A stretch of DNA of 61,137 nt, counting the filler. It is 10 parts of 10 records of this genome, joined end to end, with 100 filler letters (N's around TTAATTAATTAA, not from the genome) between each part and the next. Parts side by side here need not be neighbours in the genome. Positions count along the whole stretch, not along the records: positions 1 to 5,127 come from SRR31147125_57122; positions 5,228 to 10,699 come from SRR31147125_57199; positions 10,800 to 16,125 come from SRR31147125_57247; 7 more parts are not named here. The stretch is one strand, 5' to 3'. The position numbers and the translations under genes were made by a program. Every line of letters starts with the position of its first letter. Positions within the stretch are counted from its first letter, which is position 1. Shown piece by piece: positions 1-12,080 of this stretch. The notes beneath the pieces are model-generated. The model saw nothing but the letters and a program-made list of their open reading frames with translations. It made no database searches and was not told where the DNA came from.

Positions 1-213
1 TATTGGTAGTTTTTCAGTTTCTAAATTTAGGACTTCAGTATTTTAAAAGTATAAAACACTTTTATTCTGTAAAAGTAATAAAATAATTGAAATTCAAAAG
101 CATGAATCATTGTTATTTTTATCTTACACAAAAACCCTTACCACAACACAATCAGAACCTTACACTTCTTCAAGGAATTATTATTCAACAATCAATATCT
201 ATTTTTCTAAATA

Positions 214-260
214 AGAAAAAGAAAGGTAAAATCCATCAAACAATGAACCCTACCTTTCTT
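214..260 (-). terminator. Intrinsic terminator downstream of susD
   Basis: Inverted repeat aagaaaggta (219-228) / tacctttctt (251-260) followed by a U-rich tail on the minus strand, about 25 nt after the susD stop. Confidence 0.7.
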
Positions 261-283
261 CAGAAAACTTTACAATATCTTAC

Positions 284-1837
284 TTAGTACCCTGGATTAT
301 TTGGTAAAAGATTTTCATTAATATCAATATCTGCCTGAGGAATTGGCCACAACCACCCTTTGGCTGCATCAAAATTAATAGTCGCTATTTTTATCTGTGA
401 AAATGCCCACGTCTCCGAACTTGACGGGTCTGATAATTTTGATTTATCATATCCATACACATCATGCACCAAAGATTCATCTTTCCATCGAAGCATATCC
501 GCATACCTTGTTCCTTCCATACAAAATTCTACTCTTCTTTCATGTCGAACAATATCCCGTAATTGGTCTTGACTAAGCCCTGTCCCTTCTACTGATTCAA
601 CAGAAGGCATATTAACTCTTGCCCTTACCAAATTAATCAGATCATAAATCTCCTGATCAGTGCTTCCACTTTCAATAAGAGCCTCAGCACGCATCAAACA
701 CACATCAGCATAACGCATAAGAATAGTATTCAACGTGCTTATTTCCAGATCATCAACAACTCCATACTGCGCATACTTTCGAGGTCTAGCACTACAAGGG
801 AGTTCAGCTACATTGGCAGGAATAAAAAGTACTGTGCCCATTTGTGAACCCGGTAAAACCACTGTTGCAGCTAGTCTAGGGTCTCTATTTGCACCAGGGC
901 TCTGATCGTCATAACCAGAGGCAGCATCTGTGATCGGCAATCCATTGGTCATGTAATACGAATTAATCATATCTGCTGTGATATTTGATGTTGGCCAGAC
1001 ACCAAGAGGAAAAGGCGCCCCCGGCCATGGCTGGTGTTGTGATGTTGTATATTGAATATCAAAAACAACCTCTTCATTATTCTCATAGCCCTCTTTGAAA
1101 AGATTAACGTAATCAGGGAAAAACCCATAGATCCCTAAATCAATAACCTGATTAGCCGCTTCGGCTGCCTCTATCCATCTTTCGTTAAAAAGTAAGATTT
1201 TAGCTTTATAAGCCAATGCCGCTCCTTTAGTTGCACGGCCAGGACTTGAATAAGATGTAGGGAGAAAAGCTATAGCATCATCAAAATCACTAAGGACCTG
1301 AGTAAAAACATCACTTTTAGCATCTCTTGACACGTAAGCATCTTCAAGAGTTTGAACACTGGTTATAAGAGGCACATCTCCGAAATAAGTAATCAAGTCA
1401 GAATAGGCATAAGCCCTTAAAAATTTAGCTTCTGCTTCCATCTGAGATTTTACTTCGTCGCTTACCAGAGCAGTCTCGAGGTTCTGTATAAACTCATTTG
1501 CCCTAGCGATAATAGCATAATCCATTGTCCATTTTGCGTTAGGAGCCCAACTTGTTGAGTTTAAACTCCAATTACCAACTTCATAAGAACCTTGCCACGG
1601 AGCCTGACAATAGCCATTGTCCGACATAAATTCGAATTGATAAAAATGAGTAGGTGTAGCATTAGGCTGAATGGCATTATATATACCCATAAGTGCCATT
1701 GTACTTTGCGTTTCATTTTGGAAGAAGGTTGAAGGGGATAAGGTATCTTTCGGTGTCTTATCCAGAAGATCTTCAGAACAACCAAATAAAACATATGAAG
1801 CAATAAATATGGTGATGATTTTATTTAGAATTTTCAT
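284..1837 (-). CDS. susD: RagB/SusD family outer-membrane nutrient-binding lipoprotein
   Basis: Lipobox LFGC; SusD motifs EAKFLRAYAY, FGDVPL, GRATKGAA, RYADV, ERRVEF.EG.RY.D..RW, WPIP, C-terminal NPGY; directly downstream of susC. Confidence 0.95.
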   Translation of the reverse strand: MKILNKIITIFIASYVLFGCSEDLLDKTPKDTLSPSTFFQNETQSTMALMGIYNAIQPNATPTHFYQFEFMSDNGYCQAPWQGSYEVGNWSLNSTSWAPNAKWTMDYAIIARANEFIQNLETALVSDEVKSQMEAEAKFLRAYAYSDLITYFGDVPLITSVQTLEDAYVSRDAKSDVFTQVLSDFDDAIAFLPTSYSSPGRATKGAALAYKAKILLFNERWIEAAEAANQVIDLGIYGFFPDYVNLFKEGYENNEEVVFDIQYTTSQHQPWPGAPFPLGVWPTSNITADMINSYYMTNGLPITDAASGYDDQSPGANRDPRLAATVVLPGSQMGTVLFIPANVAELPCSARPRKYAQYGVVDDLEISTLNTILMRYADVCLMRAEALIESGSTDQEIYDLINLVRARVNMPSVESVEGTGLSQDQLRDIVRHERRVEFCMEGTRYADMLRWKDESLVHDVYGYDKSKLSDPSSSETWAFSQIKIATINFDAAKGWLWPIPQADIDINENLLPNNPGY

Positions 1838-1849
1838 AATCCTGATCTT

Positions 1850-4800
1850 TTAAAAGTTAACATTTAGACCCACAGTCATTACACGAACCTGCGGAAAGGC
1901 CTGAGCCCTGGTTTGATCAACATTTTGCTCGGGATCAAAACCTTTAAACTTAGTAATGGTAAAAACATTTTGGATATTCCCATAAATGCGAACAGAGCTT
2001 AACCCAATTTTAGAAACAATACTCGGATTAATGGTATACCCCAACTCAATGTTTTTCAATCGAAAGTAAGAAGCATCCTGCATGTAGAAACTTGAGTGAA
2101 CCTCTTTGCGAACTGCGTCCATCGTCAATCTTGGCAAGGTATTAGATGGATTCTCTGGTGTCCACCTGTTTTTCCACCAATCTCCAGCGTTAGCAGCTCC
2201 ACTAAAAGGGATAGCAATTTCATAATAAATATACCCTTGAATGCCTTCTACGCCTTGCAAGAATGCATTAAAATCAAATCTTTTCCAATCTAAACTCAAG
2301 CTCAAGGAATATGCCAAATCCGGATATTGTTTCCCAATCACAGTTCTATCATTATTTGGATCTACAACTCCATCTCCATTAAGGTCTAAATACTTGATAT
2401 CACCCGGTTGCGCATCATAGTTTAGAACAGAAGTCACACCTGGTTTTAATGTATAAATACTCCCGTCATAGTCAAAATCTTCAAATTGATAGATTCCATC
2501 CATTTTATAGCCATAAAATGAATTAATTGCTGCACCTACAATTTTAGCTTTTGGTGATCCTATCTGCTCTGGATCCATTTTAGTAATTTTATTTACAATA
2601 TGAGATGCATTAAACGTGGCACGAAACTTCAAATCATTTGAAAATGTTTTTCGGTAAGTAAAAGAAGCTTCGACCCCTGTATTTTGAACTTCACCATTAT
2701 TCACGTAAGGTGCATTCTTTGCCATCGTTAGAGGAATTCCCTGAGGCCACAACAAATCTTTCGTTTTTTTGTCGAAATAATCGACAGTCATTTCAAAACC
2801 ATTATCCAAAGTTAAATCTAACCCAAAATTCAACTGTTGGGAAGTTTCCCAGGTTAACTCTTTATTAGTTAAATCGCGTACTGCAACTCCTGAATATAAG
2901 TTACCGCCCAAAGAATAGTTAACACCTGACCTCAGGATATCGCTTGAGGTATATAATTGATCATTTCCAATATTTTCATTTCCAAGTCGCCCCCAAGATG
3001 CACGAAGTTTCAGCGAGTTTAACCAGCCAAGGTTCTCCATAAACCCTTCCTTTGAGATGATCCAACCACCCGAAAAAGATGGAAATGTTCCCCACTGATT
3101 TCCTTTTGCAAATCGAGAAGAGCCATCCCGCCGAACATTAGCTTCAAATAAATACTTCTCGTCATACATATAGTTTATACGCCCAAAATAGGATCGTAAA
3201 CCCAAGTCATAACTTCCGGCATTATTTGTCTGAGTGGCAGCATCTCCAAGAGAAAGAACCCGTTGCGTGTTATTTACAAAGCCTCTACGATAGCCCTCCT
3301 GCCAGTCATAAGTAAACTCTTCTTCTGAATAACCGGCTAATAATTTTAAATTGTGATTACCGAATATTTTATCATATCTCAACAAAGTTGTCAACATTGT
3401 TTGCACATCTGTTCTATCTGTAACTCGAAGATCAGACGATTCTGTTTTATAACTTCCATCTTTATTTGCTAAAGTTACATTTGCATTAAAAGCATTCTGA
3501 TTTGAGTTAGTGACATTATAGCCGTACGTTACTTGCGCACTAAAACCATCAGTGAGTTCATATTCAGCCTCAAGCTGTCCAGTAAAATTATAACGCCTGG
3601 TTTCAGCAGTACTCCCAGCTTTAATACTTGCATAAGGATTTAGTTCGCCATTAACTGTCATGTATTCTCCTTCAGCATTTTGAAGAGGATATATTGAGGC
3701 AGTCGTAGCATACCATGCTGCAAACCAAACACTTGTGGGCTCCTCCTTTACTCCAAGATTACCAGCCAGTTTTGTTGATATTCTCAACTTGTTATTATTT
3801 AAAAAATAGGCATCAATATTAGAACGAAAATCTGTTTTTTTATAATTAGTCGCTACCATAATACCATCTTGATCCAAATGACCAAGCATAAATGCATATT
3901 GCAAATTATCTTTTCCACCGGTCATGCTCAAGCGATGATTTTGCGTATTCGCCTGACCATAATAAACATCAAAATAGTCAATGTCTGGGTACAAGGGATC
4001 ACTGTGATCTGCATATTTTTGAATATCTTCCTCTGTGAAATTAGAAACCCTTCCTGAATTAACGGATGCCTCATTTTCGAGTGTTGCAAATTCTACTGAA
4101 CTTAAAACATTTGGCAATCTAGTTGCTTTCTGAACTCCATAATAGCCATTATAGCGAACTTGCGTCTTGCCGGAAGCTCCTTTCTTTGTGGTAATCAAGA
4201 TTACACCGTTGGCCGCCCTATTCCCATAGATAGCAGATGAAGCAGCGTCTTTTAATACTGATATTGATTTAATGTCATTGGCGCTTACATCAGCCATATT
4301 ACCAGGGAAACCATCAATAATAATTAACGGTGCATTATTGCCCCAAGTTCCTACCCCCTGATATCAATAATGGCCTGATCGTCACCTGGCTTTCCTGAAT
4401 TTTGCAATGCATATACACCGGCAACAGTTCCTTGCAATGCCAAACTAGCATTGGTTAAAGGTCTACTTTCCATATCATCCATCTGAACACTTCCTACAGC
4501 ACCTGTTAAGTTTGCTTTCTTTTGCGTTCCGTAACCAATAGCCACCACTTCTTCCAATCCAATAGCATCAGCTACCATTGTAACATTTAGGATTGTTTGG
4601 CTCCCCACTTCAAACACAAGTGTTTTCATTCCGATAAACGAAAACTGAATTACATCAGATTGTTTGACAGATAGTAAATAGTTTCCATCAACATCTGTAA
4701 TCGTCCCATTAGTTGTACCCTTTATAATCACAGATACTCCAGGTAGCGGCAGCCCATCTGAATCGATAACCTTACCACTCAATGCCAATTGTTGGTTTTG

Positions 4801-5114
4801 AAGTTGTATGTTTACTTCAGTAGTCAATACAATTTGACGGTCAGATACTACAAACGTTACATTTGTTTCAGAAAAGACATCTGTCAAGACATCTTCAATT
4901 TTTTGCCGATCAGCCGATAATGACACCTGCCGTTCAACATTTACTAAATCCCTATTGAAAAGGAAATAATAGTTGGTTGCACTTTCAATCTCGTTCAAGA
5001 CATCCAACACTTTTACATTTTCAGGTTGAGTGTTACACGAGTCTGCTGCGAAAATGAAGTCGAAGCCCAGGTTTGGAAGACACACAACAATAGGAAAAAT
5101 ACACTTAATCGCAT
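1850..5114 (-). CDS. susC: SusC/RagA TonB-dependent transporter with N-terminal STN domain; one gene split by two single-base deletions (about 5020 and 4356); start near the contig edge
   Basis: Restoring one base at each site gives [39 protein letters not shown]... and [18 protein letters not shown]...[31 protein letters not shown]-terminal GLNVNF. Confidence 0.92.
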
Positions 5115-5127
5115 AATTTTCAAAACT

Positions 5128-5227
5128 NNNNNNNNNNNNNNNNNNNNNNNNNNNNNNNNNNNNNNNNNNNNTTAATTAATTAANNNNNNNNNNNNNNNNN
5201 NNNNNNNNNNNNNNNNNNNNNNNNNNN
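5128..5227. other. Artificial contig spacer (N44-TTAATTAATTAA-N44)
   Basis: Identical 100-bp N/linker block; composition and taxon change across it. Confidence 0.99.
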
Positions 5228-5503
5228 TGTGCTTAAAGCACACTATATAAAGTAATTTATCAGCTCGCGAGCAGTTATCCAAGACTTTGCCTTGTAGTCC
5301 ATAACTTATTTGAAAAAACTACTAACAACTTTCATGTTTTCATGCTTTACCTGCAAATAAAAAAGATGACCTGTAAAGGTCACCAAATAGTGTAAGAATT
5401 TTGAAGCTAATGATAGCAAAGTAATTCACTACCATTAATTGTTATTATAACTTATTTCTAAACACATTTAAATGTTGTAATTTAATGTAATTATTGTGTT
5501 TTT

Positions 5504-6994
5504 TTAATTATTTCTTCTATTTATCTTTCTATATGAAGCTGGTGTCATATTATATTTTTTAGAAAACATCTTAGAAAAATGTTTTTCATCTAAATATCCT
5601 ACCATATGAGAAATCTCATATATCTTTAATTTTGTTGTTTCCAGCAATTCACACGCCTTTTCCATTCTTATATCGCATAAATAATTAGAATAATTCTCAC
5701 CAGTTATCTTTTTAAACGATGCACTAAAGTAAGGCGTACTTAAATTAATCATTTTCGCTATTTCTTTTGTGCTTATTTGTTTATCATAATTTTTCTTTAT
5801 ATACTTCACAGCTTCTTCAATTGCTGCACCTGCTTGATTAAAATTTATCTTCTGCAGGGAAATTAAAGCAGGTTTAATCATCTTTAAAAAACTTTCCTGC
5901 ATTCTTATTATTGAAAAACTTTCATTTATATCTTCTATAAATTTATCCACTTCTTCAATATAGTCAGAATTCACCTCTTTTAATGCATCCTGCAGCTTCA
6001 AAGCAAGTCTCTCTGCAATCTTCCTTGCATCCTGATAATATATGTCTTTAGCAGTTACAGCATGTTCAAACCATTGATTAGATAGATTAGAATAATAAGT
6101 ATATCTTTTAAGTTCCATCTGTTTCTCTATTTCATCGTATTTCACTGATATATCATCAGTAGTATGCTCATTTAAGTCCTTTCTGCATAATAGAATATTT
6201 GGTAGTCTTCCTTGCTTTTTTTCAGCTATATCCAACAATTTATATGCCCGCTTTAGTTCAAAGGGTACATCTTCTGCCTTAGATACAATATCTGAAATTG
6301 CTACATATCTATTTACCGTATACTGCAAAATTTCTCTTGCAGTATTCATAACTTTTGCATTAAACATCACATCAGCGATATTTGACGATGCACAAACTCC
6401 AATATATCTTTTGTCTACAATCAAAAAGACATATATATAGTCTTTCATTAATTCGTAGCTGCATTTATATGATATATTGTCATTTAAATAACCAACTATT
6501 ACGCTAATTTTATCCATCCCATCAAGCCAGTGCCCTGATTTCCCATCTATCAAATCCAGTATCTTCTGTCTATACTTTATATCATTGAGTTCCGCTATTT
6601 CAGAAATATTATGCATTGTAGTATCTAAGTGCTTTTTTAGCTTCGTAAATACTTTATCTATTTCCTCATACATGTTTAATTTCATTATATAGTTAAATAC
6701 TCCAATATCTAAGCCTTGCTTTGCATAGGAGAACTCATCATATCCAGACAAGAATACGATTTCTATATTACTATTAAATTGCTTTATCTGCCTTGCCATA
6801 TCAAGGCCATTCATTTTTGGCATCCTAATATCAGTAAGAACTACGTCCGCCTCTAATTGTTTAGATTTTCGCAGTCCCTCTTGCCCATCTCGCCCACATC
6901 CTACTATCTGAAATCCAAGTTTAGTCCAGTCAATCGTTGTAATCAACCCATTCCTTAATATTTCTTCATCTTCTACTATCAATAGCTTATACAT
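5504..6994 (-). CDS. YesN-type response regulator (REC + C-terminal AraC HTH)
   Basis: N-terminal LLIVEDE...LTDIRMPKMNG, LSGYDEFSYA; C-terminal AraC motif YFSASFKKITG...VGYLDEKHFSKMF. Confidence 0.93.
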   Translation of the reverse strand: MYKLLIVEDEEILRNGLITTIDWTKLGFQIVGCGRDGQEGLRKSKQLEADVVLTDIRMPKMNGLDMARQIKQFNSNIEIVFLSGYDEFSYAKQGLDIGVFNYIMKLNMYEEIDKVFTKLKKHLDTTMHNISEIAELNDIKYRQKILDLIDGKSGHWLDGMDKISVIVGYLNDNISYKCSYELMKDYIYVFLIVDKRYIGVCASSNIADVMFNAKVMNTAREILQYTVNRYVAISDIVSKAEDVPFELKRAYKLLDIAEKKQGRLPNILLCRKDLNEHTTDDISVKYDEIEKQMELKRYTYYSNLSNQWFEHAVTAKDIYYQDARKIAERLALKLQDALKEVNSDYIEEVDKFIEDINESFSIIRMQESFLKMIKPALISLQKINFNQAGAAIEEAVKYIKKNYDKQISTKEIAKMINLSTPYFSASFKKITGENYSNYLCDIRMEKACELLETTKLKIYEISHMVGYLDEKHFSKMFSKKYNMTPASYRKINRRNN

Positions 6995-6998
6995 TCTT

Positions 6999-9683
6999 CT
7001 ACTCCTCCTTTTCAGTTACCATAGGAAGTATCAACTCAACTCTTATACCATATCCACATTCTCTATTTTTACTCAATTTTACTCCATACTCATTTCCACA
7101 ATTTAGTTTTATTCTTTCATTTATATTAGCAAGTCCTAGATGATTAGACATATCAAAACTATCAATGCTGAATTGAAGATTTTTTATCTGTTCATCATCC
7201 ATTCCTAAACCATTATCTGCTATTTGAATTATTATTTTGTTATCTTTTATAAATGCATCTAAATCAATTCTTAAGTCCCTATCTTCTAAATGCCCTACAT
7301 TATGCTCTATTGCATTTTCAACAATTGGTTGAAGTATAAATTTAACCACACACAACTGCTTTAATTTCTTATCCACATTCATATTAATTTTCATGCAATT
7401 ATTATATCTTATCTGCTGAATATTAATGTACTGGTTTACGTGCTCTATCTCCTCTTTTAAAGGTATCATTACGTGACCTCTGTAAAGCCCCATTCGCATT
7501 AAATTACCAGTATACATAACCATTTTTGTTGCTTTATCTGTTTCACCCGTACGTATAAGTACTCCAATAGATGAAAAGATATTGTACATGAAGTGCGGAT
7601 TTATCTGTGTCTGTAGTGTTAATATTTCGGCATCTTTCCTTCTTTTTTCGTGCTCATGCCTTTCTGCTTCCAGTAGTTTCTGCTCTCTTGCATATGCATT
7701 TACCTGCTCTGATAATGTTTTTACTCTGTTTACAATCAATGTAAACTCTTCTTTACCAAGCAATAATGTACTCATTGGGACATGAGGACTATCAGTATAC
7801 AATGCATTACTAATCTGTATTATGGGGTTCAATGTCTTTCTGGTTAAAGCACTTGATGCAAATATAATAGCTATTACAAAAACAAATACAATGTTCATAA
7901 CTGAAACTCCATAGTTACCCCAAATTCTATCAAAGAATATATGCGTTTTTACCACATAAAAAAAGTTTACATTTGCGTTTTTTAAAAGCACACTTTTTGC
8001 TAAAGAATATTTTTTATTACCTCTTATCATATTGATAATTTCTTCATCAGAAATATTAGGTGATCCTAATAAATTGTATATTTTATCTGTATACTTGTAT
8101 ATATAACAATAATACAAATACTCTCTGTTATAATAGGTACCTGCATGCAGACTAGGTTCCTTTAGTTCGAGTTTGCAATATCCTATTATATCGCCATTTT
8201 CATTGTAGATTTTCTGGTGCAGAACAAATCTTTTCAGCCCTTCTGCAAAAGACCATTTATAGTTTTCGTCAACATTAACTCTATACTTTATATATCTATC
8301 TGTCTCCAAATCATTAGCAGATGAAACTACTACATTCCCATCAACATCATATATGGTTAATATGTCGCTTTTATCAGATATCAGCTTGGAATATTCACTT
8401 ATGTATTTTATAAGATGCTTTTCATCATCAGTTTCATTTATTTGATGATCTTGCAGTATCTCAACTATTCTTTCATCATCGCCGATTAGTGTAATAGGAT
8501 GATGCCAGATATAGTATTTTTCATCTAAAACATTTCCACTAAATTCTGCGCTTTGTACATATCTTTGTTCAACATAATCATTTAGAATTTGAGTCTCGAT
8601 ATACCACTGAATTACACCAGCAACAATAATCGGAATTAAACAAAATGAAAAGAATAACATTATATTATTCTGTAGTAGGTAATTTTCTTTAGGCATAGGC
8701 TTATGTGCCTTCTCACCCTCTTTTAATGAGCCTTTATCTTTAATTAACTTTATCCACATAAGGAAATAATCAAGTGGTTTTGTAACTTTTATAGACCAGT
8801 ACCAAAGACCTACACTTACAATAATAAAAAATATTGAAAGATATATATATATAATGTATCTATAGCCGAAATCTAGATCCTTTATTACCCCCAAGCAATA
8901 ATCCCCATGCTCATCTTCATTGCTGTAGTAGCATATAATCGTTCGCATATTCCCCATGGAATAGGTTTTATAGCTCTTCCCCTTGCTTATACTATCAGCT
9001 GGAACAGTTTGTTCTATAGGCTGCGTGTTTAATCTAAGTACTTCTTGATCATATTTATTATAAATAACCATTCCATTAGTGGAAAAATCAAATATTTTAT
9101 CATACCTAGGTATTCCGATAATATAAATATCATTATTATATTTTAGCTTTTCTACAAATATATTGTTGTTTTTAAATGTATCACTCTCTATTAACACACC
9201 ATTATTTTCTAGAAACTTATAAACATCTGATTCTTTTATAAATTCTAGATCATCCCCTTTACTATGTTTTATTATATTAGCTTCAGGAACATCATTTTCA
9301 GTGCAAAAATGAATAATGTTCTTTTTGTCCACTATACAAATATCCATTTTTGAAATATAATTTGAGTATTTGTCAGCTAATTCTGCAGCACCTAATTCAG
9401 CATTTTGTTCTGATGTATAATTAACTTTAAAAAGTAATCTCGAAATGTCATCTTCAATATATTCCATAGAAGAAAAAAGCAAAATACTTTCTTCATAATA
9501 ATAATTTAAATCACAATAAACATCATATAATTCCTGCATCTCTTTAATTTCAGCTTTAGCAAAAGCTTCAAAAAACGCAGCATTTGTCACTGCAACTAAA
9601 GCTATTACAAAAAGCAGCATAAAAACACCCATGAATATTATACATGTAATAAATAGTTTTTTTCTTGTTTTACTTTTCTTCAT
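6999..9683 (-). CDS. YesM-type sensor histidine kinase, long, with two tandem membrane-flanked sensor modules
   Basis: H-box LQTQINPHFMYN, LQPIVENAIEH, DNGLGM, HLGLANINERIKL; four hydrophobic segments; 4 bp from the response regulator. Confidence 0.92.
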   Translation of the reverse strand: MKKSKTRKKLFITCIIFMGVFMLLFVIALVAVTNAAFFEAFAKAEIKEMQELYDVYCDLNYYYEESILLFSSMEYIEDDISRLLFKVNYTSEQNAELGAAELADKYSNYISKMDICIVDKKNIIHFCTENDVPEANIIKHSKGDDLEFIKESDVYKFLENNGVLIESDTFKNNNIFVEKLKYNNDIYIIGIPRYDKIFDFSTNGMVIYNKYDQEVLRLNTQPIEQTVPADSISKGKSYKTYSMGNMRTIICYYSNEDEHGDYCLGVIKDLDFGYRYIIYIYLSIFFIIVSVGLWYWSIKVTKPLDYFLMWIKLIKDKGSLKEGEKAHKPMPKENYLLQNNIMLFFSFCLIPIIVAGVIQWYIETQILNDYVEQRYVQSAEFSGNVLDEKYYIWHHPITLIGDDERIVEILQDHQINETDDEKHLIKYISEYSKLISDKSDILTIYDVDGNVVVSSANDLETDRYIKYRVNVDENYKWSFAEGLKRFVLHQKIYNENGDIIGYCKLELKEPSLHAGTYYNREYLYYCYIYKYTDKIYNLLGSPNISDEEIINMIRGNKKYSLAKSVLLKNANVNFFYVVKTHIFFDRIWGNYGVSVMNIVFVFVIAIIFASSALTRKTLNPIIQISNALYTDSPHVPMSTLLLGKEEFTLIVNRVKTLSEQVNAYAREQKLLEAERHEHEKRRKDAEILTLQTQINPHFMYNIFSSIGVLIRTGETDKATKMVMYTGNLMRMGLYRGHVMIPLKEEIEHVNQYINIQQIRYNNCMKINMNVDKKLKQLCVVKFILQPIVENAIEHNVGHLEDRDLRIDLDAFIKDNKIIIQIADNGLGMDDEQIKNLQFSIDSFDMSNHLGLANINERIKLNCGNEYGVKLSKNRECGYGIRVELILPMVTEKEE

Positions 9684-9919
9684 CTCTTCCCCAATTTATT
9701 TTTAATGCACTACTTTGATTTTGAGATTTATAAAAATAGTATTATTTTAATATATATACACTCTTTTTTTCCAATCATAACATAATAGATATTTTAACAC
9801 ACTTTCTATCATTAATAATAGGTTTTACTTCATAATTGTGCATATTTAATTATTTTTTTACATAATTTTAAAAACTTTTGTGGGAAAATAGTCTTTATAT
9901 TTTATAATTTGTTTAACTT

Positions 9920-10699
9920 TTATGCTTGAATTATCTTGTCAAGCCACTTATCTCTTCTAAATACCATATACATTACAAATGCACTGACTACAAAAGAGAC
10001 GCTTAAACCAATCCACACTCCGTTTACCCCGAGGTTTGTATAAGAAAAAGCATACGCAAAAGGTATCCTAAATAATACTAGCGAAACTATTGTCATAATC
10101 ATCTGGGTAAAAGTCTTCCCAGCTCCTACAAATACTCCGTTTATTACAATCCTTACAGCTAAAAATCCATATCCTAAGCATAAAGCTCTGATATATGATG
10201 CTGCTAATTCATTTACAGCCGGCTCCATTGAGAACATAAACAAATATGAGTTAGGATATATTATGAATATTACGCATATAAGATAGGTTAATACAAATGC
10301 CGACAATACTGCAAAATTTGCTGCCTTCTTTGCCCTCTTTTTTAGGTCGGCTCCTATATTCTGCCCAACAATCGCAGAAACTGCTTGGTTTATCGAAATT
10401 CCAACAGTAAACAATAGTGCATCTAATCTACGGCCTATGCCATAAGCCGCCGATGCAACATCCCCAAACTCATTTACACGCCTAATAAGCACAGTTCCGC
10501 CTATAGATAAAATAACTTGGCTTATAGCCGCTGGTAGCCCAACTCTCCATAGTTGAAAGAAAATTTCTTTATCAATTTTAAAATCTTTTAGTTTTAGCTT
10601 AAAGTGAAATTTGCCTAAAAACAATTTGTAAATCAGTATTCCTACACCTATTGCTCTTGATAGTAATGTGGCATAAGCCGCCCCAGCTATCCCTAACTC
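9920..10699 (-). CDS. MATE family efflux transporter (5' truncated by contig edge)
   Basis: GIAGAAYAT-like segment at the edge, VGLPAAISQ, FGDVASAAYGI, VGQNIGA, LGVNGVWIG. Confidence 0.9.
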   Translation of the reverse strand, partial: ELGIAGAAYATLLSRAIGVGILIYKLFLGKFHFKLKLKDFKIDKEIFFQLWRVGLPAAISQVILSIGGTVLIRRVNEFGDVASAAYGIGRRLDALLFTVGISINQAVSAIVGQNIGADLKKRAKKAANFAVLSAFVLTYLICVIFIIYPNSYLFMFSMEPAVNELAASYIRALCLGYGFLAVRIVINGVFVGAGKTFTQMIMTIVSLVLFRIPFAYAFSYTNLGVNGVWIGLSVSFVVSAFVMYMVFRRDKWLDKIIQA

Positions 10700-10799
10700 N
10701 NNNNNNNNNNNNNNNNNNNNNNNNNNNNNNNNNNNNNNNNNNNTTAATTAATTAANNNNNNNNNNNNNNNNNNNNNNNNNNNNNNNNNNNNNNNNNNNN
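10700..10799. other. Artificial contig spacer
   Basis: N44-TTAATTAATTAA-N44. Confidence 0.99.
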
Positions 10800-11771
10800 G
10801 GGGAGAAGGTGGCTTTTGTGTAGGGGTTGTGGTCGGGCTGGGGACCTGGTGCAATTTTTTGTGGATTTTTGCGGCATGGAGTACCGTGAAGCTTTCCGTG
10901 CGGCTGGCCGAGACTTCCCAGATAACTACACTCCAAAGCAATATCAGCCCACATGTGCCGAGAACAATACCCCAAAAAATTTAAACCACGCCATTATGAC
11001 GATCCATCGGAAACATGGGAGGCCAAAGCCCGTGCCCTGGTCGATGCATCACATGTCCGCTTATTGGAAAACAGCCCGGTTTTGGGATGGTTGGCGGCCA
11101 GAGGGATAAATCTTGATACAGTCAAAAGATTTTCTCTCGGCTGGCTTCCAGGTGAGAGAAATAATCCGGCCATGTGGCGGCCCAGGGCATCGTGGGGACT
11201 GCCGGAGGTGCTCAAAGATAACGGCACCCCCAAAAAGCTTTGGATTCCTCGTGGTATCACTATTCCATGGATTGTGAATGACAAGGTGGTCCGCGTTAAG
11301 ATCCGTCGTCCAAAGGCAGACTTGGGCAGTGCCGGGGCAAAGTATTATATTCTGCCTGGGAGCTCATCTGAGCCATGTTTATTTAATCCAGATCAAAAGG
11401 CCTATGTAATCTTAGAGTCTGAGCTTGACGCCATGCTCGTTGTTGCCAAGGCGGGTGCCCAAGTTGGTGCGCTGGCCTTGGGAAGTGCAGGAAACAAGCC
11501 CGGCAACGCCTCATTTTATCAACTTGAAGATTCTCTCCGCATTTTGGTTGCCCTTGATTCTGATGAGGCTGGGGAGTCTGCAGGCAGGTGGTGGGCCAAT
11601 CAGTTTCCCAATGCTCGTCGATGGCCTGTACCAAAGGGGAAAGATCCTGGGGAATATTTTTCTATGAATGGGGATATATTGGCATGGGTGGCCGCTGGCC
11701 TTCCCCCGGTGATGTCCATGAAGTTTAAGCACTCACCAGGTAATGCACAGGGAGATGTTTCTGTTTCATAA
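10800..11771 (+). CDS. Phage DNA primase (CHC2 zinc finger + TOPRIM), 5' truncated, split by single-base deletions near 10818 and 10975
   Basis: (W)CRGCGRAGDLVQF...GMEYREAF zinc-finger tail; WLAARGI, RGITIP, ILESELDA, ALDSDEAG, GKDPGE TOPRIM motifs. Confidence 0.85.
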
Positions 11772-11777
11772 GAAGCT

Positions 11778-12080
11778 ATGGACGACATCCCCACCAACCC
11801 TCAAAATGCAAATCACACGTCACCAGAGGGATGTCAGACCATTGAAGACGATTTGCCACCAGAGTCTATTCTCAGTATCCGGAATATTTTAAAAAACAAT
11901 CCAATCAAAGTAAAAGCCACGGGAAAACGCGCGGATATCGTGGCTGCACCAGGCTTCAACAATAAAAGTGTAATGGATCGGCTCCAACGGTTGGTTCATT
12001 GGGATATAGATGGACGTTTATTTTTAATACAGCACCCATGCGAATGGGTGCATGGCAGAAACTTTGACTCAGGCTTATAA
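11778..12080 (+). CDS. Phage hypothetical protein
   Basis: 100-aa ORF 6 bp after the primase, same strand. Confidence 0.6.
   Translation: MDDIPTNPQNANHTSPEGCQTIEDDLPPESILSIRNILKNNPIKVKATGKRADIVAAPGFNNKSVMDRLQRLVHWDIDGRLFLIQHPCEWVHGRNFDSGL

Noticed and set aside
5228..5345. Minus-strand MDYKAKSWITARELI resembling the Y.A.SW...R segment of IS1380 transposases
   Set aside because: Too short, interrupted by stops, at a contig edge and without visible terminal repeats.
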